Below are positions 37,696 to 48,408 of a stretch of DNA of 64,000 bases, one piece after another. Each line of letters starts with the position of its first letter. Position 1 is the stretch's first letter. Made by a program: the position numbers and the translations under genes. The DNA lies in IMG/VR virus record IMGVR_UViG_3300027994_000006, positions 1 through 64,000 of that record; one strand, 5' to 3'. This stretch comes from a virus (Duplodnaviria > Caudoviricetes). The notes below the pieces were generated by a model. That model did not search any database. It saw only the letters and a list, made by a program, of their open reading frames with translations, and was not told the DNA's origin.

Positions 37696-39204
37696 TTATT
37701 GATTTTCTCCTTGATTATCTAAAAGGCCTTGATATAATGTGTTTTCAAAATCTTTCTTCATATTTTCCTCAGTGGCTTTCGCTTTAATATTTACTGATGT
37801 TAATTCATACTCTTTTGATTTTTCGTTCTTCTTTGGTACTATTTTCTGACGAGTTCCGTATTTGATAACCGGAAGGGTAGAAGCCTTAAAGTTTAATTCA
37901 CTGAAAAACTTAACAGGATCTTTAATTTTAGCAGATGTCATTGCGGTTAATGGATTACTGATTGGCTCGTAAACAATATTGCCGTCCTTCGCAAAACCGC
38001 CGATATAATACCTGTTTGTAACCTTGCCATCTCTTCCTTCAACTGGATGTGCTGAAATAAAATTCGTTGTCCCTGCGAGATTTACCGAAGCTGTTTTCCC
38101 GGTATAATAGCCTTGGTAACTTCCGTCTGGGTTATATGTTCTGATAATGGATGTTTCTGCAGTTGGCACGGCTAACTGCTGTTCTTTTTCCAGCATCTTT
38201 TGAATCTGAACTTTGGTTTTTTTATTGTTTAGATTTTGACCTTCAAGTTGTGCTGCAGTGTATTTATCAATAGTGGATTTTTCTTCTTTTACAAAACCAT
38301 CCATTCTGTCAACATAGGCTTGCTTCACTTTATCCCAATCCTCCTTACTTTTAATAGGTTTATTATTGAGGACATCATAAGAGAACTGTTTTAAGTATTG
38401 GTCATCATTATTTAAATTGTATTCTCCAAACCTCGTATCGAAACTTTTCTTAGCTGCTTCCGGATTAAATTTTAATGTTTTGGTTGTTCTATTTCCACCA
38501 ATGCCATTCTCAGTTTCAATACTCATAGTTACTGCCTCGGTCTTCATCTGGTCGATAAGCCCGTCTTTTTTATTAACCAATTCTTCGGTATAAGGATTTA
38601 AAACAGCCTGAGTAGCTTCGTTAAAGTTTTTTTCAATAGTTTCATTAGAATCTGGATCAAGAAATTTTACAGTTGGTCTTCCATTTACATCGAAACCATA
38701 AGTGACAGCATTAGCTTTTACAGCTCGCATAATCTTCAGGCCGTCGTCACCTCTCCAAATTTTACTTGTATCTGTATTAAGCTTATCAGTAAATAATTTG
38801 ACTTGAACCGGATCACCAAGGAATGTTTTTAATTCCATGTATCCCTTTTGTTTCTCTAATGCCTTTTGAGAATATTGTTGTTTTAAAGTATTGGAAACAC
38901 TTGGATCTTGAGTTATTCGTTTTGCTTCAGCAACTGCATCAAACGTTTCGTTAAACGCTTTATTATCAAAATCTTGGAACATAGAAACTGTTTGAATAGG
39001 TTCAATCTTAATATCTTTGATTGCATCGTAATAAGTTTTACCTTGATCTTGAGCTAATTTAAGTTTAGCAGCATCTCTTGCTTTTCCTTCTTTAATAAGT
39101 CTATCAATGCCTAAACTGATAAAATCAACAGTATTATCCTGATCTTCTTTTCGATAATTCAGTTCTTTATATGCTGCGAAATTTCCTTGTGGTGTTCCTG
39201 CCAT
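37696..39204 (-). CDS. Putative internal virion (ejection) protein
   Basis: Helical composition; sits between the Ala/Gly/Gln-rich protein and the giant protein, as in podovirus DNA-transfer operons. Confidence 0.55.
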   Translation of the reverse strand: MAGTPQGNFAAYKELNYRKEDQDNTVDFISLGIDRLIKEGKARDAAKLKLAQDQGKTYYDAIKDIKIEPIQTVSMFQDFDNKAFNETFDAVAEAKRITQDPSVSNTLKQQYSQKALEKQKGYMELKTFLGDPVQVKLFTDKLNTDTSKIWRGDDGLKIMRAVKANAVTYGFDVNGRPTVKFLDPDSNETIEKNFNEATQAVLNPYTEELVNKKDGLIDQMKTEAVTMSIETENGIGGNRTTKTLKFNPEAAKKSFDTRFGEYNLNNDDQYLKQFSYDVLNNKPIKSKEDWDKVKQAYVDRMDGFVKEEKSTIDKYTAAQLEGQNLNNKKTKVQIQKMLEKEQQLAVPTAETSIIRTYNPDGSYQGYYTGKTASVNLAGTTNFISAHPVEGRDGKVTNRYYIGGFAKDGNIVYEPISNPLTAMTSAKIKDPVKFFSELNFKASTLPVIKYGTRQKIVPKKNEKSKEYELTSVNIKAKATEENMKKDFENTLYQGLLDNQGENQ

Positions 39205-39206
39205 TA

Positions 39207-39899
39207 TTAGAATAATTTTTTATAGCCAAGCTGAGGCATAGTAAAACTGTTGAAATTATTATTGAAATTCAGTTTTGGAATACGAGTTACTTGCGCACCT
39301 GGTAAAACTTGACCCGGAGCAATCTGAGCATCTTGATACGCATTCCCTTGTCCGAAGAATCCATTGCCATCAGCCATCGATTGTAATCCTAATGAAGCAA
39401 CATTCGTTAATCCATTAGTGATTCCTCCAACCAAAGCATTTTTTGATTGTGCTGCTTGTGCATTAGCTAAATCGAGCTGAGTTCCTAAACCTGCCAAATC
39501 TGCATTATCTCTCTGCTCTTGCATATTCATAATACCTAATTGTCCTTGAGCTTGTATTTGATCAATCCTTGCCTGCTGTTCATCAAGACCTGCAGCAATC
39601 TGTGCTTCCTGAGAATTTTGTTGAGCAACGAGATTCGGAAGTAACCCTGCAATAGCACGACTTCCACCCATAGCTGCGAGGTTTCCATAAGTGGCCATTG
39701 TTCTAGCAATATCCTCACGTTGTCTGTCTGCTCCTAAAGTTGAAACTTGTAATCCATTTGCTGGGTTTACGAGATCCTGACGTTTAAATCCATTGATATT
39801 TTTTTGAGTCGCCTCTCTTGCTTTCTTTGCGTTTGATGCCGCTATTGCACCCGTTGTTGCGGTAACTGCTAATCCTATTAATGGTACTGCTACTGGCAT
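39207..39899 (-). CDS. Putative internal virion (ejection) protein, Ala/Gly/Gln-rich
   Basis: Hydrophobic Gly/Ala-rich N-terminus and amphipathic helices. Confidence 0.6.
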   Translation of the reverse strand: MPVAVPLIGLAVTATTGAIAASNAKKAREATQKNINGFKRQDLVNPANGLQVSTLGADRQREDIARTMATYGNLAAMGGSRAIAGLLPNLVAQQNSQEAQIAAGLDEQQARIDQIQAQGQLGIMNMQEQRDNADLAGLGTQLDLANAQAAQSKNALVGGITNGLTNVASLGLQSMADGNGFFGQGNAYQDAQIAPGQVLPGAQVTRIPKLNFNNNFNSFTMPQLGYKKLF

Positions 39900-39903
39900 A
39901 TTC

Positions 39904-40299
39904 TTATTTGTAATTTATTAGTTCACTGCACTGGTTGCTGGTTTCACGAAAACCTAATTCCTTAAAATCATTTACCAAACCTTTGTTTTCCGTCCACGTT
40001 GAGATGTATTTGAATCCCAATTCCAGTCTTGCGTATTCATCAAGGCTTTTACAAAATCTCTTTCGTGTATCTTTTGGTAATTTTTTAGCAAGGGGATTTC
40101 TGGTAATGAATCCCAACATTGCCATTTCGGAAGGACTTGTCCATACAAAACCCACAAAGACAGGGTTTGACTCTTCATCTAAAAGAACCAATCCTTTGTC
40201 TGGGTACATACCAATAGGTAATGCTTGGAGTCGCCAACCTGCTAACCATTCATTCGCCATATCTGCATCTCCGTTTTGTAAAACTCGTGTGATAAACAT
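39904..40299 (-). CDS. GNAT-fold-like tail assembly protein
   Basis: GFVW...MLGFITRNP...LGFKYISTWTENKGLVNDFKELGF; same position as GNAT-like genes in podovirus tail operons. Confidence 0.55.
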   Translation of the reverse strand: MFITRVLQNGDADMANEWLAGWRLQALPIGMYPDKGLVLLDEESNPVFVGFVWTSPSEMAMLGFITRNPLAKKLPKDTRKRFCKSLDEYARLELGFKYISTWTENKGLVNDFKELGFRETSNQCSELINYK

Positions 40300-40316
40300 T
40301 TAGTGCTTGTTTACCT

Positions 40317-40356
40317 CAAAAGTAATATAGGGTAGTGCGTTTGCCGTTTTTGCTTA
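40317..40356 (-). promoter_or_regulatory. Late-promoter motif
   Basis: TAAGCAAAA-N23-TACTTTTG upstream of the ejection-protein operon. Confidence 0.75.
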
Positions 40357-40423
40357 AATATTTAGGGTACTGTAAAACTGATTAAAATTATTTGTATCTT
40401 GGTTTTACAAAAAATTAATCATT

Positions 40424-40552
40424 ATGGCACCAAATAGAGACGCAGGTTCAGGAAAGTATGTATCAAAGGAATACGCTAAGAATAATCCTAAGACTACAGT
40501 TAAAGAAACTGATAAAAAGAAAACTACTTCGAAACCTCCAAAGAAGAAATAA
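40424..40552 (+). CDS. Small basic protein, 42 aa, antisense to the tail operon, missing from the ORF track
   Basis: MAPNRDAGSGKYVSKEYAKDNPKTTVKETDKKKTTSKPPKKK*; the RD.GSGK.V..EYA..NP.TTV.E motif recalls a widespread small-protein family. Confidence 0.65.
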   Translation: MAPNRDAGSGKYVSKEYAKNNPKTTVKETDKKKTTSKPPKKK

Positions 40553-40814
40553 GGTCAATTCTTTTTCTCAAACATCCTTTTGGTATTCTATGAAGGCCGG
40601 AGTATTGATCTGCTGACAGATTAAGTTCATTGAGCTGATTTGCAAGTACTATAAACATATCGGTTTCTTTTATTACAAATCCGGTTTGTTTTACTGTAAA
40701 GCATTCATCGTCAAGGATTCCAGTCATTTCATCTTCAGTATGCCATTTTTCAGGAACTGAATAAGCATCTTCCCATTCGATATAAACTAGTGGGTATTTT
40801 TCGTTGTTTTCCAT
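40524..40814 (-). CDS. Conserved phage hypothetical protein
   Basis: LVYIEWEDAY...TGFVIKET...IPKGC pattern. Confidence 0.65.
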   Translation of the reverse strand: MENNEKYPLVYIEWEDAYSVPEKWHTEDEMTGILDDECFTVKQTGFVIKETDMFIVLANQLNELNLSADQYSGLHRIPKGCLRKRIDLISSLEVSK

Positions 40815-40823
40815 ATATTTTTA

Positions 40824-43800
40824 TTAGGATGGTGTACCCGGTATGAATATCGTCGAAACCGATGTAATATAGTACGGTTCACTTCCTGATTTAGTTAAAG
40901 TGACTTCCATATTTTCACCACGAATTGGAACTCCGTTTGGTCTAAAATCGCCTACTTGCCCTTTCTGTACGCCAACAAAATCACCTACACTTAACCCTGT
41001 TATTGAGGCGACTGTTATAGTTTTACCAAAAATATTAGCGATAGGAATTGTTACACTTCCGGATTCATTAATGATACTATCATTTGAGGTGACTTGATTA
41101 GAAATAGGGCTGTTAAAAACTAATTGATTACCATTGATTGCTTGTATTCTACCAATCCCGACAACGCCTAATTTAGTGGAAGAATCTCTGAAAATTTCGG
41201 TGTAATAGTAGCTTTCTCGTTTATCATAAACATTCTCGGAAAATTTGGTAGCAGTAAGATTTGTTTTAACTTCGGTGTTCCAGGCTGTATTGCTTTGAAT
41301 ATACATCGAATTGTAAATTTTATCCGTCACCATTTCAGGATTAACGACAAATTTTACTTTTGCGGAAAAATTACCTTGGCCAGCGAAATTATTATATTGC
41401 TCTGTAACTTCATCTTCGTACAAAACGCCTTGATATGTTGTAAATATTTTACCAAGCATTCCAAGTTTTGAATCAAATCCGTGGTTGTAATAATGAGAAA
41501 ATCCTTTTTGTTCAAAATTAAAAACGACTGCTTCATTATGATCCAAACCTAAAATATAATCTCCAAATCTATAATCATAGGTTGCAGGGAAGTTTTGATG
41601 AGACATAGTAATATCTACGCCTTCTTGTAAGAATGCTGTTTCTGTACTATTAAGTTCCGTTATCTCCTTGTCCGCAGTGGCTAATATTCTCGTTCGTTTA
41701 GCATCAACCCAATGGATCAAATTGTTTGCATAAACTACACTCTCTGGATGCTGACAGCCGTACTTGTATGGAAGTTCGTAATATCCACCAAGAACTTCAT
41801 CTGATAGTGCAACGTTCTCATTTCCTTGCATATCGGCAATTATAGATTTACCATAATATTGATTGATGACTTTGTCAAGACAGAATACTTTTATATTTCC
41901 ATCTGTTGAAATAATTTTTGTGATTTCTCCGTGTTCTGGTGGAAGCGATTTCCAATTAATAGTTATTGGATTGAATAGTGGTAATTCATTTATTTTTAAT
42001 TCTTGATTGTATAATCCGGAATACGTAATGTCATTTTTTCTCCATAGTTCATTGTAGCCAATTGGAGTTGATAAGTTTGGCCTGAATCTTTGTGATAATG
42101 CACGACCGTTGAAGTCATCTTTAATTTTAAAAGATTCCATGCCATTTCCCCAAGCTATTCCATTGAAGAATCCTGTATCATGGTAACCATCAATTCCAGC
42201 ACCTGTGTGCTGATTATTTACTATATCAAAAGTATTATTAGCTTCATAATAAAAAGTATCGATGACATCTTTATTTAATGTTCTGATAAATTGGGCAGCA
42301 TTACCTCTTATAACAAAAATTGAAGCTATAATTTCATACCTGCATTGTTCCGTTCCGTCTAAACCATACTCTGCCTTTAGTTTTGACAGTAGGAAATTGT
42401 TTCCAATAAATGAAATTGAAGTAGTTGTGTTAGAGTAATCGTAAAAAAGAACATCTATTTTATCAGCGATAGCATCATATATATTATTATAATCTTGATC
42501 TATAATTATTGTTTGTTCAAATGTGTAATTTATATCTAAAGTATTAACTAATGCATTTTTAATCTTTGATGTAATATTTATAGTTATTCTATCATTAACA
42601 TATAAATTCCCAAATATTTTTTGCCCTGGAATGGAATCATTTATCTCTACTTCCGTTGTTAAAACATTTACATCTACTGAATCAATATCAGCTAATGCAA
42701 CTTTCAGTTTTACACCACTTTCTCCAGAATTTTGTTTTATATCTAAATTTTTTGCGCCTTCAACAATGGCATATGTTCCATCAACACCTAAAGGAATATC
42801 AATATTTTTAATGAATTGCACGTCATTGACCGTCATTTCTTCATATTGAGTTATTGAAGATGCTGTCAAAAAAAACTTATCATCTTTCTTTAGCTTGTTT
42901 AAATTGTCATTATCGAGAAGGATATATAATTTATCATTAAATTTACGAACCAATCCTGAAAATATATTTTCGTAATTTAATTTTTGTGACATTACTACCC
43001 ACTTAAATTTAACAGCCCATTCCGGAGGTTTTTGGGTAGAATTTATTTTAGCTTTAATACTATTCATAAATGTCCTCTTCTCAAAGGGAACATAGATTTC
43101 ATTCTTAGTGTCATCGTTGTTGCCTAATACAGTAGTACATTCGTTGTATTCGTCATAATATACAATACCTAACTTGTAATTGAATAGTGATACTGTAGTT
43201 CTTTTTGTGCCTTCAAAATCATTAATCTCAATGGAGTCTAATCTATATTCCATGTCGATATTGACATTATTCCCATCCTTATCCTTCAGATCATAATTTT
43301 CTTTGTAATTAGCAAAGAAAAGGCGACTTCCAATATAGTCTTGTGCTTTCGGGTATTTTGGAATATTACTATAAAGTAAATCTAGTACATTAGGGGGCAT
43401 GAGTGTGTAATTGCTTGAAAAGTTATACTTTACTTCAATTATAGAGTTATCTTGGATGTTCAGTTTATCCTTATCAGCGGTATAAATAATATATCCATTA
43501 TTAGTATCGTGTTCTCTGGCAATCACTTCAACACCAACAACTCTTTCGTCACCGGAGTTTATCGATAGTTTTACACCGCTTAGTTTATTTACCATTGATG
43601 TGTTCTCCCTTTTATCATTGGTGTTCATAGATTGGCCTTTCTCAATAAAAGCAGGATCTGAATAAAATGACAATACGGAATAGCTTGAATCTGCATATTT
43701 GTATCGATAGGCGAAACTTACAAATCTATTCCTAAGATCTTCTTTACTATTATTTACATATTCATCCAAGATTACAGGAGCCTTCTCAGGTGGTTTTTTA

Positions 43801-44303
43801 TTGATAATAACATCAGATAGAGTAAAGCTTGTTAAATAGCTCTTTGTTAAGTCAACACTTCTTGGTCTTTCCCAAAACTCACTTGAAAAAACCAGAAAAT
43901 TGCCAATTTGATTAACGCTATTGAGATAGTATCTTTTAGTTTTAGGTAAATTATTTTGCCATATGAATAAATCAAATCTCAAATGAATATAATCCTGGAT
44001 AATCACCCTTGAAAGTCTCGTAACAACATCTGTCTCAATAATTTTTGAAAACCCATCAGCACGTGCAAGAAAATTATACAACTTATTATTATCGCCTTGG
44101 AACATCCTTACAGAAACCATTGTCCCATTTTCAGAATAATCAGCAATCTGTTCACTCCCCTTGATAAATCTAAGCGTACCGTTTTCTCCGTAACCAGTCG
44201 GGCGCATATTAAGGAGATAGCTGTATGATTTATTATCAAGAAAAGAATAGTTGGTGTCACTATCCATTCTTGGGATTGCAAATATATTGGTTACTTTCTC
44301 CAT
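40824..44303 (-). CDS. Tail stabilization/nozzle protein
   Basis: 1159 aa, beta-propeller-like composition, FAYRYKY.D..YS.LS motif; follows the adaptor gene. Confidence 0.65.
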   Translation of the reverse strand: MEKVTNIFAIPRMDSDTNYSFLDNKSYSYLLNMRPTGYGENGTLRFIKGSEQIADYSENGTMVSVRMFQGDNNKLYNFLARADGFSKIIETDVVTRLSRVIIQDYIHLRFDLFIWQNNLPKTKRYYLNSVNQIGNFLVFSSEFWERPRSVDLTKSYLTSFTLSDVIINKKPPEKAPVILDEYVNNSKEDLRNRFVSFAYRYKYADSSYSVLSFYSDPAFIEKGQSMNTNDKRENTSMVNKLSGVKLSINSGDERVVGVEVIAREHDTNNGYIIYTADKDKLNIQDNSIIEVKYNFSSNYTLMPPNVLDLLYSNIPKYPKAQDYIGSRLFFANYKENYDLKDKDGNNVNIDMEYRLDSIEINDFEGTKRTTVSLFNYKLGIVYYDEYNECTTVLGNNDDTKNEIYVPFEKRTFMNSIKAKINSTQKPPEWAVKFKWVVMSQKLNYENIFSGLVRKFNDKLYILLDNDNLNKLKKDDKFFLTASSITQYEEMTVNDVQFIKNIDIPLGVDGTYAIVEGAKNLDIKQNSGESGVKLKVALADIDSVDVNVLTTEVEINDSIPGQKIFGNLYVNDRITINITSKIKNALVNTLDINYTFEQTIIIDQDYNNIYDAIADKIDVLFYDYSNTTTSISFIGNNFLLSKLKAEYGLDGTEQCRYEIIASIFVIRGNAAQFIRTLNKDVIDTFYYEANNTFDIVNNQHTGAGIDGYHDTGFFNGIAWGNGMESFKIKDDFNGRALSQRFRPNLSTPIGYNELWRKNDITYSGLYNQELKINELPLFNPITINWKSLPPEHGEITKIISTDGNIKVFCLDKVINQYYGKSIIADMQGNENVALSDEVLGGYYELPYKYGCQHPESVVYANNLIHWVDAKRTRILATADKEITELNSTETAFLQEGVDITMSHQNFPATYDYRFGDYILGLDHNEAVVFNFEQKGFSHYYNHGFDSKLGMLGKIFTTYQGVLYEDEVTEQYNNFAGQGNFSAKVKFVVNPEMVTDKIYNSMYIQSNTAWNTEVKTNLTATKFSENVYDKRESYYYTEIFRDSSTKLGVVGIGRIQAINGNQLVFNSPISNQVTSNDSIINESGSVTIPIANIFGKTITVASITGLSVGDFVGVQKGQVGDFRPNGVPIRGENMEVTLTKSGSEPYYITSVSTIFIPGTPS

Positions 44304-44308
44304 TCTGA

Positions 44309-45094
44309 TTAATGCATAAACAATGTCTTATACAGATCATTGGTAGTTAGGGGATTTCTATTCGATGCTTCTAATTTTTTTAGATTCTTATATTTTTGAT
44401 AGAAATATTGTGAGGTTTGTAATGTCTTTGCGTCGCCTTCTAATAATTTGAATTTTATAAAATATTCCAGTGCCATTGCATAATTCTCCGGAACTTGAAT
44501 CAGACATTCTTCTACGCCAACTGTTTGGTTTGAAACAAATTCAATCACAACCGCAACATCTTCCAAATCGGAACTAAATTCGATAAAATCCTGATTATCT
44601 TTTACCCAAGAGTTTCGGTGCTTCATTATATCGTGAACCATTTGTTCAACTTCTGGCACACAGCATTTTCCAGTTCCCTTACATTCCGTACAACTTGTAT
44701 CTTGACAACCGCCGCCGTCTTCATTACACGAAATACAATCTTGTGTTAAAGGTTGATTATCGCAGTCTGTTAACAATGTTCCGTCGCAATCAACTAAATA
44801 ACTTAGTAATTCGGATGGAATTTTGTTGTTTCTGTCAATCTCAATAGTTCGGCCGTCGCAGTTTAAAATGTATGCTCGGATAAATCTTTCAAATCCTTCT
44901 GGCTTATAAAGGCGACAACTACTCGGAACTACGACTTCCATCCCTTTAATATGCATTCCGAAAGTCAGATTGAGATTTTGCATCCCAATTTTAGCGTATC
45001 TGTTAGCCATATATCTTGGTTTCCCGAAGAACAGACTTCCTACTGTTTGAGATTCTAAACTGATAATATCCACAACTGATTGGAGGTTGGTCAT
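44309..45094 (-). CDS. Head-tail adaptor/tail ring protein
   Basis: Position before the nozzle gene; VPENYAMALEYFIKFK helical end; Cys-rich insertion. Confidence 0.5.
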   Translation of the reverse strand: MTNLQSVVDIISLESQTVGSLFFGKPRYMANRYAKIGMQNLNLTFGMHIKGMEVVVPSSCRLYKPEGFERFIRAYILNCDGRTIEIDRNNKIPSELLSYLVDCDGTLLTDCDNQPLTQDCISCNEDGGGCQDTSCTECKGTGKCCVPEVEQMVHDIMKHRNSWVKDNQDFIEFSSDLEDVAVVIEFVSNQTVGVEECLIQVPENYAMALEYFIKFKLLEGDAKTLQTSQYFYQKYKNLKKLEASNRNPLTTNDLYKTLFMH

Positions 45095-45107
45095 ACTTTC
45101 TAAATAT

Positions 45108-45147
45108 TAAGCAAAAAGGCCATGGCGCAGTTGCGAGGTTACATTTG
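45108..45147 (+). promoter_or_regulatory. Late-promoter motif (terminase/portal operon)
   Basis: TAAGCAAAA-N23-TACATTTG. Confidence 0.75.
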
Positions 45148-45151
45148 TTTT

Positions 45152-45191
45152 CAAAGATATATATGAACGCACACAAAAACCTTTTTGCTAA
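45152..45191 (-). promoter_or_regulatory. Late-promoter motif (tail operon), facing the plus-strand copy
   Basis: TTAGCAAAA-N23-TATCTTTG. Confidence 0.7.
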
Positions 45192-45573
45192 AAGCAACCT
45201 CACAAAGTCAGTAAGGTTTATAACAGCTTTAAAAATTACCGCTAAGAAATTCTGTAATGGAAACTATAATGCTTCCGCAATCTTATTTGCTATTATGGGA
45301 GATTTTGAAAGCGCAAACAAGAGTATGTCGGGTTACCAACGAAATGCAGTGGCAGATATAGCCTTCTCAGAAAGTAAATGCGAATTACTTCGGCAATTTT
45401 TCACAGAGATCTATAATAATGATGAAACGCTTTTAGATTTTCTAAACGACAAAATAACAGTACGAAGTCTAAGTATTAACAAACCGAGAAAACGCACCAA
45501 AGAAGAGGTAATGGATTTCTCTAAAGAAATTATCAACGATGACCTTCTTGCAAATTTAGATTTCAATTTCTAA
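45163..45573 (+). CDS. Hypothetical protein, first gene of the packaging operon
   Basis: ATG at 45163 lies downstream of the promoter; the track's TTG start at 45145 falls inside the -7 box. Confidence 0.55.
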   Translation: MNAHKNLFAKSNLTKSVRFITALKITAKKFCNGNYNASAILFAIMGDFESANKSMSGYQRNAVADIAFSESKCELLRQFFTEIYNNDETLLDFLNDKITVRSLSINKPRKRTKEEVMDFSKEIINDDLLANLDFNF

Positions 45574-45577
45574 TAGG

Positions 45578-46150
45578 ATGGCAAAGCAAAGGAAAACTTT
45601 TGTGGAAAAAGGTAGGGAAGAGATGCACGACTTCGTAGTAAAGGCGATTGATGATCTTCTTGCTGTACTTGATTCTAAAATTGAATTTCCTACTGATAAG
45701 GATGGGTATGTATTAGAGCATAAAATGTTTCAAGTCGTCCAATCCAGAGAGCAGGTTTATAAATCGGCTTGCGAACTAATAGACGAAATAAATCTGGATG
45801 ATAAAAAAGACCAAGCTTATAAAAATAAAATCATTAAAGGTCTTGAAACAACTTGGCACGAATTGACAAAAGTTGCTACGAGAAACATTGGAGAATATAA
45901 AGCCAATTCATTAGAAGAAATAATAATGGATAGGGATTTAACAGATGAAGAAAAAAGACAGAAAGCCAGAGAAAGCGTTACTGACGACAGACTAACATCA
46001 GTTTCAAAAGCCAAGGCCTTATCAATAAGAGTTTCTTACCAAATCCTTGACAGAATATCACTTTTAGAAGATCCGGATGGTGCAAACGATGAGATCCTTA
46101 AAAACTCATTAGCACCAAATATAGCAGAGAAGTATGTTGAAAACAATTGA
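45578..46150 (+). CDS. Putative terminase small subunit
   Basis: Helical 190-aa protein overlapping the large terminase start; inferred from position. Confidence 0.5.
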   Translation: MAKQRKTFVEKGREEMHDFVVKAIDDLLAVLDSKIEFPTDKDGYVLEHKMFQVVQSREQVYKSACELIDEINLDDKKDQAYKNKIIKGLETTWHELTKVATRNIGEYKANSLEEIIMDRDLTDEEKRQKARESVTDDRLTSVSKAKALSIRVSYQILDRISLLEDPDGANDEILKNSLAPNIAEKYVENN

Positions 46151-48401
46151 TAGATCATACAGAAGAAATATTCATAGGGTATTGGAAAACCAAATACCTC
46201 AAGCCGTCATTGATAAAAAAAACAAAGACAAATCTTGGGAGTACAGGCTATATCCGGAATATGAAACTGTTGTCATTTCAAAAGATGGCACGATTGGTCA
46301 AATAATAGAAATCAATGGACTAAACATTGCGCTTCCGGCTCAACCAGATATTGTTCGATGGGAAGATATACCGCAGGAAGACCAAAAATGGCGACGCTAC
46401 GATGTTCCGAAAGAACTAATGCACTTCGATAAGTATTTCAAAGACGAGCCAAATCCAGAATCAAAATTAACCGAAGTCTATAAAAAACACAGAAAGTTTA
46501 TAGACGATGATATGAGAAGAAAGAAGTATGGCGACTTCTTTATGAATGATGGTGAAGTAATATACATTCCTGGAAACTACTATTTCTTTTTACAACATTA
46601 CAAACTTACCGATATGCGGAGGTACGGAGATTTCCGTATGCCACAGAGAGATTATTTTATCTTTTTGGAAGCTGTATTCGCTGATGAAAGATGTATCGGA
46701 ATTTTGCTTTTAAAATCAAGACGTTCTTCTTTCTCAACATCTTCAGGTTCAGTCGTTTTAAATAAAGCAATTACTTGGAAGAGCGGCTTTTTTCCAATTG
46801 TGTCCAAGAAAGATACAGATGCTCAGACGTTGTTTGACCGTCACGTAGTAAAACCATTCCTAAACCTACCTAAACACCTTCAGCCACAAAGAACCGGAGA
46901 GGTTGTTCCAAAGAAAATATTAGAGTTCTCATCTCCTAAAAAGAAACTGACAACTAATAATAAATCAGATAGCAGCAGCGATGGACTTGATTCTATCATA
47001 ACCTTTTATGCAACAACAGTTGATGCTTATGATGGTACGCAGGTTACACTCTCAATCAACGATGAAATAGGTAAATTCAAGAGTGTGGATATTAATGCCT
47101 ATTGGGAACAGCACCACAGACTTTGTCACGAGGTAGGAAGCGAGATTGTTGGAAAGGCGATTTGTGGAAGCACAGCGAGTTCTCCAAATAAAGGAGGAAA
47201 GAACTACGAGAAATTCTACGAAGAATCAAAACTGACAAGCCGTGGAGAATCCGGATTTACAAAAACAGGATTATATGGGATTTTCATTCCTGCAGATTAT
47301 ACAACAATGGGATTCTTTGATGAGTTCGGATATGTAATCTATGACAATCCGGAATTCCCTATTCTGAATGAACTTGGAAAATTAGTTTACATCGGTGTAA
47401 AACAATATCTCGACAATAAAGAAGCTGAATGCGGAGATGACATTCAGAAACTAAATGAGAGAAAAAGAAATAATCCTCGTGTAGACACAGATGCATTCTT
47501 AGATGAGGAAGCAAGTAATATGTACGCAACACCTGGAATGGTAAGCACAATTAATTATCTGAAAGCAAATAACAATAATCCGGAAGTTCAAGGTTCCACT
47601 TTCCGATTTGATCTTTACTATAAGGATAAGGAAAATAATATTGTGGAAATGAAACGCCACTCAAAAGGAAAATTTCTTGCAGTTTCACAACTTCCGGTTC
47701 CCTTAGAATTTAGAAACCAATTTGTGATAAAGGACGGGAAACGTGCGCCAGTCAATACACATCTTGGAGCATTTGGTTGTGACCCGTACGCAGCAGACAG
47801 AACAAAATACAACAACGGTTCTAAGCAAGGATTTGTAGGCAAAACCACAAATGATTTCAATTTACCAGAACATCAAAAAAGAAAGGTTTTTTTATTCTAT
47901 AACTACAGGCCTAACACAAGAGATGAAGCAGAAGAAGATGTAATTATGGCTTGTCTATACTTATCAATGCAGGTATTTCCGGAGATAAACAAGAAAAGTC
48001 TTGTTGAGAAGATGTACACACGTGGATTGAGAAAATATGTGATGGATAATCCATTAAAAAAGAAAAAAGATCTAACGCCAGATGAATTAAAATTTGGTGG
48101 AATGATAAGTTCAAATGCTGGAAATAGTATTCCGGAACAAGAATCTGCACTTGAAACATCTATCCAATCTGATGTTCACGAATCTATTGAGCATCCGGAG
48201 GAACTGAAATATCCGTTTTTAGAACTCAACGAACATATCGCCTCTTACACCAGAGAGAATAGACAATCAAAAGATGTCGTGGTAGCAGCGCAATTGGTAA
48301 ATATTGCCACAGGAAGAGAAATAAAACATAAAGAACCAATCACAATACAAACAGCCAATCCGGTTGATCTTGTAAAATTATTTGAATACGACCAAAACTA
48401 A
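46134..48401 (+). CDS. terL: Terminase large subunit
   Basis: Walker A-like LLKSRRSSFST, Walker B INDEIGK, nuclease GCDPY and terminal D motif. Confidence 0.85.
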   Translation: MLKTIDRSYRRNIHRVLENQIPQAVIDKKNKDKSWEYRLYPEYETVVISKDGTIGQIIEINGLNIALPAQPDIVRWEDIPQEDQKWRRYDVPKELMHFDKYFKDEPNPESKLTEVYKKHRKFIDDDMRRKKYGDFFMNDGEVIYIPGNYYFFLQHYKLTDMRRYGDFRMPQRDYFIFLEAVFADERCIGILLLKSRRSSFSTSSGSVVLNKAITWKSGFFPIVSKKDTDAQTLFDRHVVKPFLNLPKHLQPQRTGEVVPKKILEFSSPKKKLTTNNKSDSSSDGLDSIITFYATTVDAYDGTQVTLSINDEIGKFKSVDINAYWEQHHRLCHEVGSEIVGKAICGSTASSPNKGGKNYEKFYEESKLTSRGESGFTKTGLYGIFIPADYTTMGFFDEFGYVIYDNPEFPILNELGKLVYIGVKQYLDNKEAECGDDIQKLNERKRNNPRVDTDAFLDEEASNMYATPGMVSTINYLKANNNNPEVQGSTFRFDLYYKDKENNIVEMKRHSKGKFLAVSQLPVPLEFRNQFVIKDGKRAPVNTHLGAFGCDPYAADRTKYNNGSKQGFVGKTTNDFNLPEHQKRKVFLFYNYRPNTRDEAEEDVIMACLYLSMQVFPEINKKSLVEKMYTRGLRKYVMDNPLKKKKDLTPDELKFGGMISSNAGNSIPEQESALETSIQSDVHESIEHPEELKYPFLELNEHIASYTRENRQSKDVVVAAQLVNIATGREIKHKEPITIQTANPVDLVKLFEYDQN

Positions 48402-48408
48402 AACATAA

